Shown: positions 37,401 to 50,900, counted from the first letter of the stretch. The stretch is 64,000 nucleotides of DNA from Balanoglossus misakiensis (GCA_040954595.2 CM082585.2:6597808-6661807), one strand, 5' to 3'. Notes: generated by a model not told the origin, from the sequence alone. Numbers and translations: made by a program.

Positions 37401-40400
37401 GGCGCCAAATGCCGAATTCACGATGTGAGAGAGTTGTGCGTCGACTGCTTGGTTGGCCGCTGGGTTTTGACGAAGGGTGTCCAGTGTTGGTGGACAGCCG
37501 TTGCCCGACGATAAAGGGATCGATGGAGGCGGTTGCATGAGACTTGTGTTGGCAACCCGCACTCGGAGGGCGGCAAGTTCGTGTTCTAGTTCTGAGATGC
37601 TGGAGCGGGTCTGTAATGCACGCTGCTCTCGTTTCTGCAGTAGGAGTTGCTTTTCCTGTAACAGTTCTGCCTGTCTGGCTTGTAGATCTTCGAGCTGGAG
37701 TGAGTCAGTCTGTTCGACGACGACGGATGTGGTGGGAATGGCAGAGCTTCCATCTGCGCCTTGCGGTTGGGGCACGCCTGTGCAGTTTGGGCCTGGCTGT
37801 AATCCAAGAGCGCGATGCCCTTTTACTGCTTGTTTGCAGCCAGAGCAGTTGGGAGTCCGCCTTTCGGACTGTGGGAGAGTTTCGCTGTCTGAGTGGTCGG
37901 ACATATTGTGACGACAAAGCGGCGAAAAAGACGGATTTTTGGAAGAAGTTTGAAGCGAGCGACTGCTCGAAAAAGTGACTCTACAAGATGGCGGAAGCCC
38001 TACAAAAGTAGCAATCCTCTCCGGAAGGCGGGAAGACGCACTACACAGAGGGCGCCCCAAATTACACCCAAGGGGTTGGGCCTACATTAAAGTGATGAAT
38101 GACACTACAGTACTCACACTTCATGTAAAATCGATTCATGAGGGATTACAAAAATAATGTGTTCAAGTCAGCATTTTGAGTATCAATACAGTAAATGCAG
38201 TGAACATACTAGAATGAACAGTACTCTGGCACGCTGCGATTGCAACTGAGGTCGGAGGTTGCACAACACTGGAACACGACTGAATCATTCAATCAATGGC
38301 AATACCGCCATATAAAACCTCTAAAATCTCAGATATACTGTATTGTATTTTGGTTACCTGATACACTTATTGACTGACTTGGAGTAATCAGTTCAACCAG
38401 ATCATATCTCCCAATTTTACAAAGTAAGTCTGTCAGCAAACCTGCTTTGTCTTCACCAATGAGATTTTTGTCAAGTAATTTTTGAAGCAAATCTGTAGCA
38501 TGTTGGATTCCTTCAATTTCTCCTTTTGGTATCCCTACTGGGCTCATGTCTGTGCATAGGAATTTCATGGATTGAAGTTCATCTGTAATGATAATTAAAC
38601 ACAAAAAAATATTAACAATAAACCTGTTTAAGTGTTGGACACAGAAGCTGTAGAAATCATAGTAAGCCACTGGCAGTTGTAATAAAGCTACCAAGTTTTC
38701 TTTTAACATTCCCGGCTCGATTTTGTGTGAAACCCCATCATTTTGCACAATTGATCTTATGTATCCTTTTATGGTAATTTTATGTCATTTTAAAATCAGT
38801 CATACTCTAATTGGACTTCGTACTGTCATTTACATAGTATTGCCCAATGTCTGCAGTAACTCAATGTTTGATAGAAGTTATAGAGGTTACAGCAATATAG
38901 ATTTATCAATGATACCAACAGAATATCAACAATTCCTATGGACTGTTCATTATTCTATATGGCTATCAAACACTCGACAGTGATTTACTTCACCAGCCAC
39001 AAAGATGTGTAATTCCCCCCCCCCCCATCTGCATGATTGCCGGTTGCAATTGGGCATATAAAACATTTTCAGCAGTTTACCTATTAGTAAATACATATGT
39101 GATACTATACTACCATCACAATAATTATGAAAGTCCAGTGTCCTCTAATACTATTCCACTTACCCTGTCTTAATTCATTTGCTATTCTGAGAAGTAATCC
39201 ACGAAAATCATATTGCCTTCCTTGAGTGTAACGGGTTATCCATGCATCGCTGTCACCCTGTATCAGCTGTTCCCCTTTAAGATTGAAATGTGTAGAAATA
39301 TACACATTTACAAAGATTCACCTTTTTATTCCATCATATGTTGTAGTAAGAGCATTTGAAGTCTTTTTTTCTTTTCACTTTTAATTCAATATAAACGTGA
39401 ATCTTGTATTGAGTGACAATTATTATACATAGAAATTAAAAATAATCTCTTGAAATTTATAGGTTCAAAATATAAGTTTTGAAGCTATAACTTCTTTTTG
39501 TGTACCACTTCTGTGAAAATGTTTTGTTTACAAATTTACAAGACAAACAACTTTTGATGGAACCATTGACTTGTACTAAAAGTTAATGTACCGGTATGTG
39601 TATTGTGTGACATATGTAAGAGTACCTCAAACCTCAATCTGGGACCAGAAACTGGGACTCCCAGATGTCACAAAATGCAGTCTGGGACCAGTCCCAGACC
39701 TAATCTGGGACCGGTCCCAGATTCACTATTTTTACAGGTCTTTTACTTCAAAAAGGCAAGACCAGTTTGGCAAATTTCATAACAAAACTACATAAACATT
39801 TCATGCTACATAAACAGTAGTACTGGCTACAAAACATTGGACGAACTACACAAGCAATATGGCAACTGCATGGTTATCATTGCACCAGCTCAACTTTTGT
39901 TCATCATTTCTTAATATTTACCTGGTGTAAATGAGGGTTGTTGACCATCAGTTACTCTAGACAGCCCTGGTTGGTGTACCTGTTGTGGTATTGACGATGG
40001 GGCCTGCAGATGCTGTGCCTGTGACGCTGACTGAGGTATCCGATGTTGATGAATTGCCCAGCTGCCTGAAGATTGGTGTTGCTGTTGCAGAAATGAGGGT
40101 TGTTGACCATCAGTTACTCTACCGGTAGATAGCCCTGACTGATGTAACTGTTGTGGTATTGAAGATGGGGCCTGCAGATGCCGTGCCTCTGCCGCTGACT
40201 GAGGTACCCCACGTTGATGAATTGCCCAGCTGCCTGAAGATTGGTGTTGCTGTTGAACAAATGAGGGTAATTGTTGACCATCAGTTACTCTAGATAGCCC
40301 TGGCTGGTGTAACTGTTGTGGTATTGAAGATGGGGCCTGTAGATGCTGTAAATCTGACGCTGACAGAGGTATCCAATGTTGACGAATTGCCGAGCTGCCT

Positions 40401-42732
40401 GAAGATTGGTGTTGCTGTGGCAGAAATGAGCGTTGTTGACCATCAGTTACTCTAGATAGCCCTGGCTGGTGTAACTCTTGCGGTATTGAAGATGGGGCCT
40501 GCAGATGCTGTGCCTGTGATGCTGACTGAGGTATCCCATGTTGAGGAATTGCCCAGCTGCCTGAAGATTGGTGTTGCTGTTGCAGAAATGAGCGTTGTTG
40601 ACCATCAGTTACTCTAGATAGCCCTGGCTGGTGTAACTCTTGCGGTATTGAAGATGGGGCCTGCAGATGCTGTGCCTGTGATGCTGACTGAGGTATCCCA
40701 TGTTGAGGAATTGCCCAGCTGCCTGAAGATTGGTGTTGCTGTTGCAGAAATGAGCGTTGTTGACCATCAGTTACTCTAGATAGCCCTGGCTGGTGTAACT
40801 CTTGCGGTATTGAAGATGGGGCCTGTAGATGCTGTGCCTGTGATGCTGACTGAGGTATCCCATGTTGAGGAATTGCCCAGCTGCCTGAAGATTGGTGTTG
40901 CTGTTGCAGAAATGAGCGTTGTTGACCATCAGTTACTCTAGATAGCCCTGGCTGGTGTAACTCTTGCGGTATTGAAGATGGGGCCTGCAGATGCTGTGCC
41001 TGTGATGCTGACTGAGGTATCCCATGTTGAGGAATTGCCCAGCTGCCTGAAGATTGGTGTTGCTGTTGCAGAAATGAGCGTTGTTGACCATCAGTTACTC
41101 TAGATAGCCCTGGCTGGTGTAACTCTTGCGGTATTGAAGATGGGGCCTGTAGATGCTGTGCCTGTGATGCTGACTGAGGTATCCCATGTTGAGGAATTGC
41201 CCAGCTGCCTGAAGATTGGTGTTGCTGTTGCAGAAATGAGCGTTGTTGACCATCAGTTACTCTAGATAGCCCTGGCTGGTGTAACTCTTGCGGTATTGAA
41301 GATGGGGCCTGCAGATGCTGTGCCTGTGATGCTGACTGAGGTATCCCATGTTGAGGAATTGCCCAGCTGCCTGAAGATTGGTGTTGCTGTTGCAGAAATG
41401 AGCGTTGTTGACCATCAGTTACTCTAGATAGCCCTGGCTGGTGTAACTCTTGCGGTATTGAAGATGGGGCCTGCAGATGCTGTGCCTGTGATGCTGACTG
41501 AGGTATCCCATGTTGATGAATTGCCCAGCTGCCTGAAGATTGGTGTTGCTGTTGCAGAAATGAGGGTTGTTGACCATCAGTTACTCTACCGGTAGATAGC
41601 CCTGACTGATGTAACTGTTGTGGTATTGAAGATGGGGCCTGCAGATGCCGTGCCTCTGCCGCTGACTGAGGTATCCCATGTTGATGAATTGCCCAGCTGC
41701 CTGAAGATTGGTGTTGCTGTTGAACAAATGAGGGTAATTGTTGACCATCAGTTACTCTAGATAGCCCTGGCTGGTGTAACTGTTGTGGTATTGAAGATGG
41801 GGCCTGTAGATGCTGTAAATCTGACGCTGACAGAGGTATCCAATGTTGACGAATTGCCGAGCTGCCTGAAGATTGGTGTTGCTGTGGCAGAAATGAGCGT
41901 TGTTGACCATCAGTTACTCTAGATAGCCCTGGCTGGTGTAACTCTTGCGGTATTGAAGATGGGGCCTGCAGATGCTGTGCCTGTGATGCTGACTGAGGTA
42001 TCCGATGTTGACGAATTGCCCAGCTGCCTGAAGATTGGTGTTGCTGTGGCAGAAATGAGCGTTGTTGACCATCAGTTACTCTAGATAGCCCTGGCTGGTG
42101 TAACTGTTGTGGTATTGAAGATGGGGCCTGCAGATGCTGTGCCTGTGACGCTGACTGAGGTATCCCATGTTGCATTGCCTGGCTGTCTGACAACTGGTGT
42201 TGAAGTGGCCGAAATGTAGACTGTTGACCATCAGTTACTGACATATCTGGCTGTCTTGAGTAATTGTGCTGCAATGATTCGGTTGTCTGCTCTTGGGGGT
42301 GGCTACTTTCGTTCTAAAAATGAATACATGTATGTACAAATTGTGAAACAAACCGAATACTCTGCTCATTTACTCATGTTGTAGATACAGAAATACACAC
42401 TAACATGGTGATCGAATATCTGCAGCAGGAGGATTTATCTGGAAACTTTTCTAAACCAGCCACAAAACAAACAAAAACGGCTTAGGTCATCTGGGGTCCA
42501 CTTTTGAGAGGTTTTGCAGTCATCTTGAAAATACATTTATAGCAGAAAGGATTATACCAGCCTATTACACAAATTTAAGTTTACTGCAAATGTTGAGATT
42601 TTTATCAATTATTGATGTATGATTTGTCTCATTGACTTCTATGAGAAAATGCATTTGGTTCCACCACATGAAAAAGGTAATTAATGTTAACTGTCTAAAA
42701 CAAAATGCTAATACCTGTGAATACTGTTCCAT
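31425..42732 (-). CDS. NLR copy 3: expanded Q-rich repeat-DED-NACHT-LRR-like, no OTU exon, ~1821 aa
   Basis: In-frame exons 42732-42715, 42313-39922, 39274-39164 + 38582-38358 (DED) and 34144-31425. The last intron carries the Ngaro-like element. Confidence 0.8.
34947..35939 (-). CDS. Tyrosine recombinase of the Ngaro-like element
   Basis: Catalytic set FLRKSN (R), WSKT (K), GHSFRRGGA (HxxR), GDWKS (W), AYLRY (Y). The frame is open upstream of the listed TTG, has no leading ATG, and follows a TTCCTTATTTCAG acceptor-like site. Confidence 0.88.
   Translation of the reverse strand, partial: GSSWLALHQQTTALQASAFATGTVQNLKSQWKAFLLFCHFFGLKPTPASPHVLSMFLTFLSRSVSSVQSLKNYLHGVSKLHSYLGIECSALESFQVKLTLRGLQRVHPQSCTQKLPITPHIMLALHRLLDFSNPFHQVFWTACLLGFFTFLRKSNLTVPSRTTFDPQKHLCRGDIQFSAFGLHVLIRWSKTNQFHDRVCSIPVARLPGSVLCPVTSFERMRDLIPAPAGAPAFVYPSQGTLVPLTHSAFVSFLRSVLAQAGFNPSLYSGHSFRRGGASFAFEAGVPGELIKLHGDWKSPAYLRYLHVSPQKCCSVTTLMQEHLRSHFNQS
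36004..36217 (-). pseudogene. C-terminal remnant of DIRS-type RNase H
   Basis: FELKAVHIQGQDNRLADHLSR matches HIxGxxNxxADxLSR. No RT motifs seen upstream. Confidence 0.75.
36219..36537. repeat. 159-bp tandem duplication at the pol deletion junction
   Basis: TTGAAGTATATGAAGGTCTC occurs at 36219 and 36378. Confidence 0.85.
36726..37904 (-). CDS. Gag-like ORF1 of the Ngaro-like element (~392 aa)
   Basis: ATG at 37904 (MSDHSDSE), coiled-coil-like segment, and C-terminal Cys/His knuckle CYKYNLQTCEWGDKCFRRHICYHC...HSGKDC. Confidence 0.8.
   Translation of the reverse strand: MSDHSDSETLPQSERRTPNCSGCKQAVKGHRALGLQPGPNCTGVPQPQGADGSSAIPTTSVVVEQTDSLQLEDLQARQAELLQEKQLLLQKREQRALQTRSSISELEHELAALRVRVANTSLMQPPPSIPLSSGNGCPPTLDTLRQNPAANQAVDAQLSHIVNSAFGASALPTSIGQSTRADWPIGYMSQGKPGKSPRDSQAPSFADESRVKWPHLRLPREKGGKVPKFDNLTIAQLVRGELEILNSVYLPISSEERAPRSLHLQNLMRLAHKHDWSDVLNFHGTILEKIQSAELRWQDCFDRYEKELLSPDTLKSVKQGTDSGKTQAVKKSDICYKYNLQTCEWGDKCFRRHICYHCFKINNTATPHSGKDCHLATSKKNDSSDSNTSNSD
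39930..42240 (-). repeat. Coding minisatellite, 162-bp/54-aa unit, ~14 copies
   Basis: 15 VTDGQQ motifs; six near-identical central units; variant units 3-5 recur as units 12-14. Confidence 0.93.
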
Positions 42733-45700
42733 GTTGGTATCCCAGGTATGAACTCTTCTTGGAGATTTTTTTCCTTTTCTTTTTCTTCTTCATCGCCTCC
42801 TTTCTCTTTTTGGATAACTTTAAATATTCAGAGTTACTCTGAGTCAGTAAATGACGATCTGTAGTATTTGTTTACCTGTCAAGAGAAGATGTTAAAAAAG
42901 TTTACAGACAGAGAATGAAGTATTCAGAGATTTCAAATGACTTATCAATCCTTTAAAGTTTGACAGCTTTGTCTACTGACACATGAAAATTGGGTTGGGT
43001 GGAGGTCAAAGTTCTTGAAAACAAGTAATCTACTGTTCACGGTGTCTGGGCTAACATTATTGCAGCCGTGGGATTAGATATGGGTTGACAGTCCCCAGTT
43101 ACTTGCACTTTCCGGACGGGTTGTTTTTGTGAATGTATTGGATGTTCTTGAATAGAAAAAGGTATAAGGCTTTCTTTTCATTTCACACGTTTCTTTTTCA
43201 GTTTTTTTTGGCTGAACATTCCTGAATATTTCAATGACGTACTCAAGACTTATGATGAACAAAGTTAATCACACTGCAGCGAATACCATGAGTACAAACG
43301 CAATAACAAGTGGAAGAAATTCAAGAAAAATCATACATCTTTGCTGTTCAAGTTTCTGCATAAATAACAGCTGGTGTGTATCCATACTTAAGTTCAAGAA
43401 AAAGATGAATATTAAACCAGACTATTATAAATCTGAAGTGATTTCCTGTTTTTAGGGAATATTGGAAATTTCAACATTGTGAGCATGTCAGAACTCCAAC
43501 TATGCGGGCAAGATCACATCTTACAAATTCATCTCAGCCACGCACATTGGTAATTAAATTTATAAGGTGTGAACTTGCCCGCATAGTTAAAGTTCTCAAG
43601 CTCACAATGTTGAAATTTTACCTGAAACTAAAAAAAGTGATGTCGTATTTTCAGGCAATATTGGAAATCACTTTTTGAGGAGACTGTGACATGTTGTTCA
43701 CTGTTTGCGACAATGGGTTTGATGCCGATTAATCTTTGGATCTGACTCTGAAACTAGCACTGGGTGGTCCGTGTTAAGAATCAGAATCAGTATCAGCTGG
43801 AAAGGTCACGCAAAGACGAGGGTTGAGTGAATCTGACGAAAACGTCTAGCTCATGGATGTATTTATACTTGTGATGTCATATGCAAAACCCCCTAAATAT
43901 CTGTTAATTTATATGCACCTCTGAGATAAAACTTTGTCAGAAGTATTTTCTGGACGTTTCTGCAGCCCCACTTTTTTTCTCACTACATGTAGGCCTCATG
44001 CATACACAGGTGCACAGTGAATATTTGCACGTCAGTCATAATACTCGGGCTTTCAGAAGTATGTGATAAACACAGATTCAGCCTTTCAGAACTACACGAT
44101 ATATCAATACATTCTTCTGTTGTACTGTACCGATACATGGGGTCTAATCGACTTTATAGGTTTGCAAGCAGGCGTCCTCGGGGGTGTGTGGTCTTATCAT
44201 ACTAGTTGGTTAATCATTCACTAGGACATTTAGTGTAGCAGGATATCCTGTTCATTAACCAACACGAGGTCGGTTGATCATTGGACATGTTGTGTACCAG
44301 GTATGTTCAATGATTAACCAACTCCTTCACCTACAGTAGAGAAGCCATCTTTTGCTAACTAGGAACTTTTAATTTTACACCATCTAGACTACAAAAGAAC
44401 TTTAATATGAGTTCATAGTGTACAGTGTTCTAATAAAATGATCTGGCTTTAAACTTACCTTTACAGTTGGTTGAAGAAGCTGTCACTGCTGTTTGTCTCG
44501 TTGTCTTATTTCAACGTCAGAACAAAGATGGCGAATTTTTAACGTAATGGTTTCAAAATGGCGTTGTCAAAAAAGAGACTTGTACTATATGAACACCATG
44601 AAAGGTTGGTTTAGGGCCGGGACCTGGACGTATCAGTGGTAGTGTATACCTATCTGACGACGATGCCTCACTGGTGTTGGAATTTTGGCGGTCAATGGCA
44701 GATTAAATGTGGAACCCCGTCACGACGTGTTGCACATAGGCTACCCCGGTACAAGGATTGATTTATAGAGTAGACTTTTATTGCCATTCAAACATCTCAC
44801 GAAAGTCCCAGATAACGCCATCACGGTTGATAATGATAAGCTTAGTTGTATTTGCCTTTACACATTTGTGAATTTATTTCTGAAAATACAGCATAAGCAA
44901 ATTCATTAAAGCCCCAACATCTGCCATTTTTTGCATTATAAAACAATACGTTGGCTAACAAAGCTTTAACGGTTTTGTACACCGCAAGCAAGATGGTTGG
45001 TGGGTTTCCTTTTCATACACAACAGTTTTACAACGATCTGTGTCTTTTATACATCCCAAATGAATATTCTACCTATCAGAATTGATATAATTTAACAGCA
45101 CGCTACAGCCTTCAAATGATGTAGTTCGCGAAAACTGCATATTTCTTTATAAAGCATTTAATTAAAGAAAACAATGTCTTTCTGAATAATTATTTTCTGT
45201 ATTTTAGTGCCTACTGCATACCATAATAATATTGTAGATGATTTGGAAATAAAACTCTTTGCAATGGGGTCGGAGGCCTATAGTTGCAATAAATAGACAC
45301 TTAGACACATAAAATGGTATTACCAATCAAAAGTATGATTTATTGAAACTTGACTCTCCTGAATACAATAAAACAGTACTTGGATACAATCTTGGAAAAC
45401 AACTTTTGTCTTAAATATCTATCTTCAAGAAAGGTGTCCTTCTTAGAGCAGTGTCTGCAAAGACACTAGATACACAGTATACTTTCCCATCACAATCTAC
45501 GAATTTCAAAGACCATCGCATGAATTAATTAAGTTTAGTCTGTATCCAATCTAAAGCTTTTGCAAACTCCATTTTTCTATACACCTCAATCAGTTCAAAC
45601 CAGACACGATTAATACTATGTCTTGTATGCATAAAGTTACAATGGTACTTTAGTGCAAGGTATATACAATACAAATAAACATTTAAAATTGTTTTACAAC

Positions 45701-47053
45701 AAATATTTACCTCTGTAGGCAGTGATACATGAAGTGAATAACACACATATGATCTGATAAAGGCTGGAAATGTGCCAAGTAGCGCTAAATTGTCAAGAAA
45801 CAAACGACCATCTGTAAATGCATTTATAGTGCCACCTGCACAAATATCATTAAAATGCAAATTAACCATTATTTAACATCATGACATCGTCAAATGTCTG
45901 TAAGATCTGTAGTAAGTTTTATCAAATTTGGTGCAGTTTTTTTGTGTGAAAGTGTTGACACTGTGCTCTCCATTGGCAACTTGTCTGAAAAATGTTTATC
46001 ATATGTAGAGCACGTCAACAGAAATTGACTTGACTTCATTCAGCCATTCTTGAGACATCGATAGACACGCACACATCAATACTACATTAATTTACATGTG
46101 TGAACATGAAGCTAAAAAAAAGATACAACATTATATATTTTACAAGGAAACAAATTGTCACTCGGTCATTTTGACGTTTTTACTACCAGAAGGACCCATT
46201 CAAATTGTTAATCTATTGTATGGGTGGACCCACCCACCAACATACAGAGAAATGAAGGGTCAAACGGTTCTCATTGGTGCCATTTTTTAGATTGACAATC
46301 CTTCCCAAAAAGAGCAAACATGATTTTGAATGACAAGAAAACTCTTAAAATCAAACCTCTATCTAGGAACACACATAACTAAGTGTGTGTTACAATAGGT
46401 TTATCAGTGAAAAAAACAGTTACCCATCAAATAATCAACGACAGAAACAAATGTGATTGGACAGCGATAATATACAACTGTGAAATGAAGAAATCTTGTC
46501 TGTATAGGCCTGAGTTTATTATTATCTACACAATAAATATTTGGTATAGTTCGGTGTTTTGACTACAGTGATGTGTGTTAGAGTCAGTTACATCTAACCA
46601 CAGTGACTAATCTACCTAAACACATCTCGGAGCAGAGTTAACCTCTTCCTCCCTACACCTACCTCAACTGAAATACACTTGACGATGCTACTGTGATAGT
46701 CTAGCACAGTCAATATGCTGTAAGACTTTACTGATGCCTTGTTTTGGATACAAGGAGTTTTTTCATCATTGCGATAGCCAATATCTCCAACTGCATGGTC
46801 TGTTACCGACAATTACCTATTTCTCTCTTCACCTCTCGGTTATGACATAGTCACTACTGTAGGAATTTGTGTCGTCAGTTGAACAAGTGCGTAATATAGA
46901 AAAGTCATTTGCTGTAAGTATAGACGAGCTTCTATGAAAATTAACCTTGTACTAGTTTGATGACATGATTAAGAAACCAATCACTTTTTTGTTCAAAATT
47001 ATAAATCATCGCACTTTTAAGACTTCCGTGGACTCGAAAGCGACCCAAGCTCT

Positions 47054-47902
47054 TTAGCCATCCTTGCCTTGTTTCTGTTGTGACATGATGTTCACCTTGG
47101 CGATGTTCTGCATCCACATACTGGCTGGCAGCTGCCTTGTTGTTCTGTCAAAAATACAGAATGTGTACATGCGTTAATAATGAGTGGAAATCAAACTGGG
47201 CAGGAGGAGAGAAATTTGGCTTTACACAGATTTTTCCCAGGCAAACAGCAAGTCACTTTCATGATCCCTATATGACCCTTGTACTTTTTTGGTATGGGTT
47301 GTTAAAATTCACAATTTTGGGACAAGAATCGTATAAAATATTACTTGGGGAAACCATAGAAAACAATGGATTTGGACTGAACCATGGTGGTGAAAGGGTT
47401 AAATTTGTAGCAACAAGAAAACTACTTGAAGCTCAAGTCCATTGTTTCTTTGCACAAAGCCAGTGGCACGTTCACAAGAGTCCAGATTTACACTCGCAGA
47501 GACAAACATCCTCGCCGTTCGATCTCTGATATAATGTGACATCACTCACCCTTTAAGCAATTTACTTCTGTTGACGGAAGAATCGTCCATACTTTCACTG
47601 CTTTCGCGTTTGTGTTTGGGCACTTTCAGATGTTCTGCGATGAGTTCACCGTCTTCGTTGACTTCAAATTTCAGGTCACCTGGAGAAATGATGAATCAGT
47701 ATCACTTAGACAAACCTTCCCTTTCATCGAATGATTTGAATTACGTGTTTGTGACTGTCTCCAATCCTGGGTTAATTAATCATTAGTTATTACCAGCAAG
47801 CACTATCAGTTTTTCTGAATATCTGTGTGTCCTTGACTCGCTGACTACCTTTAGGATCAGGGACACTGCTCCAAGTTGCTCATCAAATTGCTGGAATGAC
47901 AT

Positions 47903-47937
<35 letters not shown>

Positions 47938-50900
47938 GCTCTAGGAATTAATCATGATTTTGAAAAAGACAAAACAATGGTTCAAATATAGCTGCAAGCA
48001 GCGATGACGGGCACAAGCTTAAGCCGAAGGTCAAAGGTCATATGTGGTCACCCAAAATTTGGGCAAAAAATTTTGACCCCATACTAGTCCAGGTCCAACA
48101 AAAACCAGACCTCTATCCCTATTGGTTCGCCTAGAATTAGATATGTACATAATTAATGAGGTAAAGTATAAGGCTCCATTAGGAGTTCCATGCCTCCAAA
48201 TGCCAAGGCTGTATCTGCATGGGTTGCCGAGATACGGTAAAGTAGGTCAAAGGTCACCTGAGGTCACCCAAAATTGGGCAATAAATTTTAACCCCATACT
48301 GGTCCATGTTCAACAAAAATCAAACCTCTAGCCCTATTGGCTAGCCTGTAATTAGGTATGCACATAATTAATGAGATAAGCAGTTGTCACAGGTGACCCC
48401 CAATTTTGTCTTTTCAATTTTAGTCACAACCCTCCAAACGCCAAGTCTGTACCTGCTGTGGATGCCGAGATATAGGAAAGTAGGTCAAAGGTCACCTGAG
48501 GTCACCCAAAATTTGGGCAAAAATTTTTGATCCCATACTGGTCCATGTCCCACAAGAACAAAACCTCTAGCCCTAATAGTTAGCCCGGAATTAGGTATGC
48601 ACATAATTAATGAGTTAAGCAGGTGTTACAGGTGAGCCCAAAATTTTGTCTTTTATTTTGGTCCCATTCAGCTCACGGGCCACTAGACTGTCACTGTACA
48701 GGACAATTGCACAGACGTGGACATAGCGTCATAGCTTAACTATAGAAAGTATAGGCCTATGGCTGGGTCCACAAATATGACAAATAATATTTAATAATCT
48801 TCTTCTCAAAATAGACTTGGCCCACGGCCTTGACATTTGGTATGTAGGACACTGACCACATGGTCCGCAAAAATTGCTAAAAGAATTTTGATATCTCCAT
48901 TCATATGCAAATTAGGCCCATTTGAAAACTTTGCCCATATATGGTCATCAGATCACATGACTTATTAAACATTCACGAGGGTACTGCACCAGCTCTCATA
49001 GGCCTGCATCACTGTGCCAAGTTTGAGATTTGTAGGTTCAGCCGTTTTCAAGATCCTATTGGGCAAAAAAACTACACAAGAAAAAGAAGAGGATGAAAAA
49101 CCCCAGTAATACCAATAGGGCACAAGCCTGCTTGGCTTGTGCCCTAAATATAGTGAAGTTACAGGGAGATAATGAGGTGTATACAGGAAACAGAGACTGG
49201 TGTAAAGATAGCAAACTGGCAAGCTGCCAGGCCAACTTGTTGACAATATACTGAGGGGGGGGGCCTTATAAGGTATATTTTACTATTTCAGGAAACTGCG
49301 TGTGCATTTTGCTTCACTGATCAGCGTGTGAGGTCTTTTACCCTAGACCCCCCTGGAAGGTTCAATGTCCTTTGCCAGGTTGGTGTGGCTAAGCAAGGAT
49401 TCTTTCTACCTGGGTGGTACTTTGGTGGCGACAGTGGACGTGTATGGCTTTGCATACTGCAAAACACTTTATTTTCGCGAGCAATAAATTTTTCGCGAAA
49501 TACGCGAGAGCCAAAATGGCGTGAAAATAAAAAGTCGCGTAATTTTTTTTTGAAGATAACGATGCAGTGAATGAAATACGAGAACGCGAGAAATTAATAC
49601 TCGCGAAACAGTGGCCTCTCTCGATATCGCAAACATTTCAACTCGCGAAAATAAAGTGTTTTACAGTACTACAAAGGTCAGCTATGGCAGACAGAGAGAT
49701 GACTTTAAAACCAAACAAAGCAAAACTTACTCGCTCTGACTGGACCAAGTTCCTGCGCCCTCTTGTAACACATCTCAGCTGTCCAGAATGAAGGAATGCT
49801 TGGGAACAGCATGTGATTGTCTTCGGGTAAATGCACGCCAAGAAACTGCAAAGATTTCCTGAAATGTTCGTTGTCAAGACAGGACTCATCCTCATCTGTC
49901 CACATCACCAACGGCACCGATTTTCCTTCCGCTGAAAACGGAAATATTAATATTATAAATTAACTGGAAAGAAAGTTGCACTGGTAAAGCCTGACCAATT
50001 TCGCCAATAAACAAAAGTAAAAACAGTCATTATTTTCAAGAATACTTTGCACACTAGCTCAGACTACGTAGTCAAATTAAAAGAAAGAAAAGAAAAGCGA
50101 AAGTTTCTTACTTGAATAGAAGTAGGCGATTGGTTCTGGTGGTTCATACTTGGGGCAGTCTGAAAAAAAAATTGAGGGAAACTTAAAATGTGTCATGCAT
50201 TGACACCCAAATACCTATGAGGGTCAGAGCCCCTGGAATAGTGAATAAACCCATTGATCAAAATTAAACAGATTGATTTGTATGCTTAGTGAACACGTTA
50301 AAGGAGTTCACCAGCTTAAATGGCACCATGAAAACAGAAATATCGAAGTTGCTTACTCAGTTTGACGTAGCATGCTTCTAAAAACCACGACTGCAAGTGC
50401 AGCAACTGCTTAGCATAACCTGTGAAGACATAAATTATTTGCGACTTGCGTCAGTATAAAAATGCATGAGGTCGGGAATTCAACTAGAACATAGCCTATG
50501 ATGCAAGCAGTGAAAACTGTCACATCTCCACACAGCATCAATGGATATAGTCACATATCTATATAAACTGTTTTCATATACGTACATTTTCGAAGTCTAG
50601 TACTGCTATGAACTACATTCATTGATACAACTCACACGACACCTGTCACATGATCCCAGCATGTTCATACACATAACCCTTTTAATATTCTTCAAAAACA
50701 TTCATGTACACACATGTAAAATGTCGTTGAACATCACCAGCTTTCTGTGCTCTTACCTTCATCATGTACCATCTGCAAACAGCCGTACAACGTGTCCGCA
50801 AGGACAGATTCTACCATCTGATGAAGTGACAGGTCTTGCTCCTCTATTGAATCTGCAACAGACGGGGCAGCAGGCTACAAGAAATGACATTTAAGTCAGG

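Larger units (their letters stand above)
34175..38084 (-). mobile_element. Ngaro/PAT-type tyrosine-recombinase (DIRS-class) retrotransposon, RT-deleted
   Basis: Split direct repeats A1 (38084-37948) ... B1 (34828-34612), A2 (34611-34475), B2 (34391-34175). No TSD; the empty site GAAG^CATTAAAG is in copies 1 and 2. Encodes gag, an RNase H remnant and a tyrosine recombinase. Confidence 0.92.
1676..45590. repeat. Tandem segmental duplication: three full pentraxin+NLR units (~1676-14860, ~14860-29650, 29651-45590), with a partial unit at 295-1675
   Basis: Near-identical non-coding and coding sequence recurs. Homology ends abruptly after ACACCTCAAT at 45590, which matches positions 1675 and 29650. 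Confidence 0.92.
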
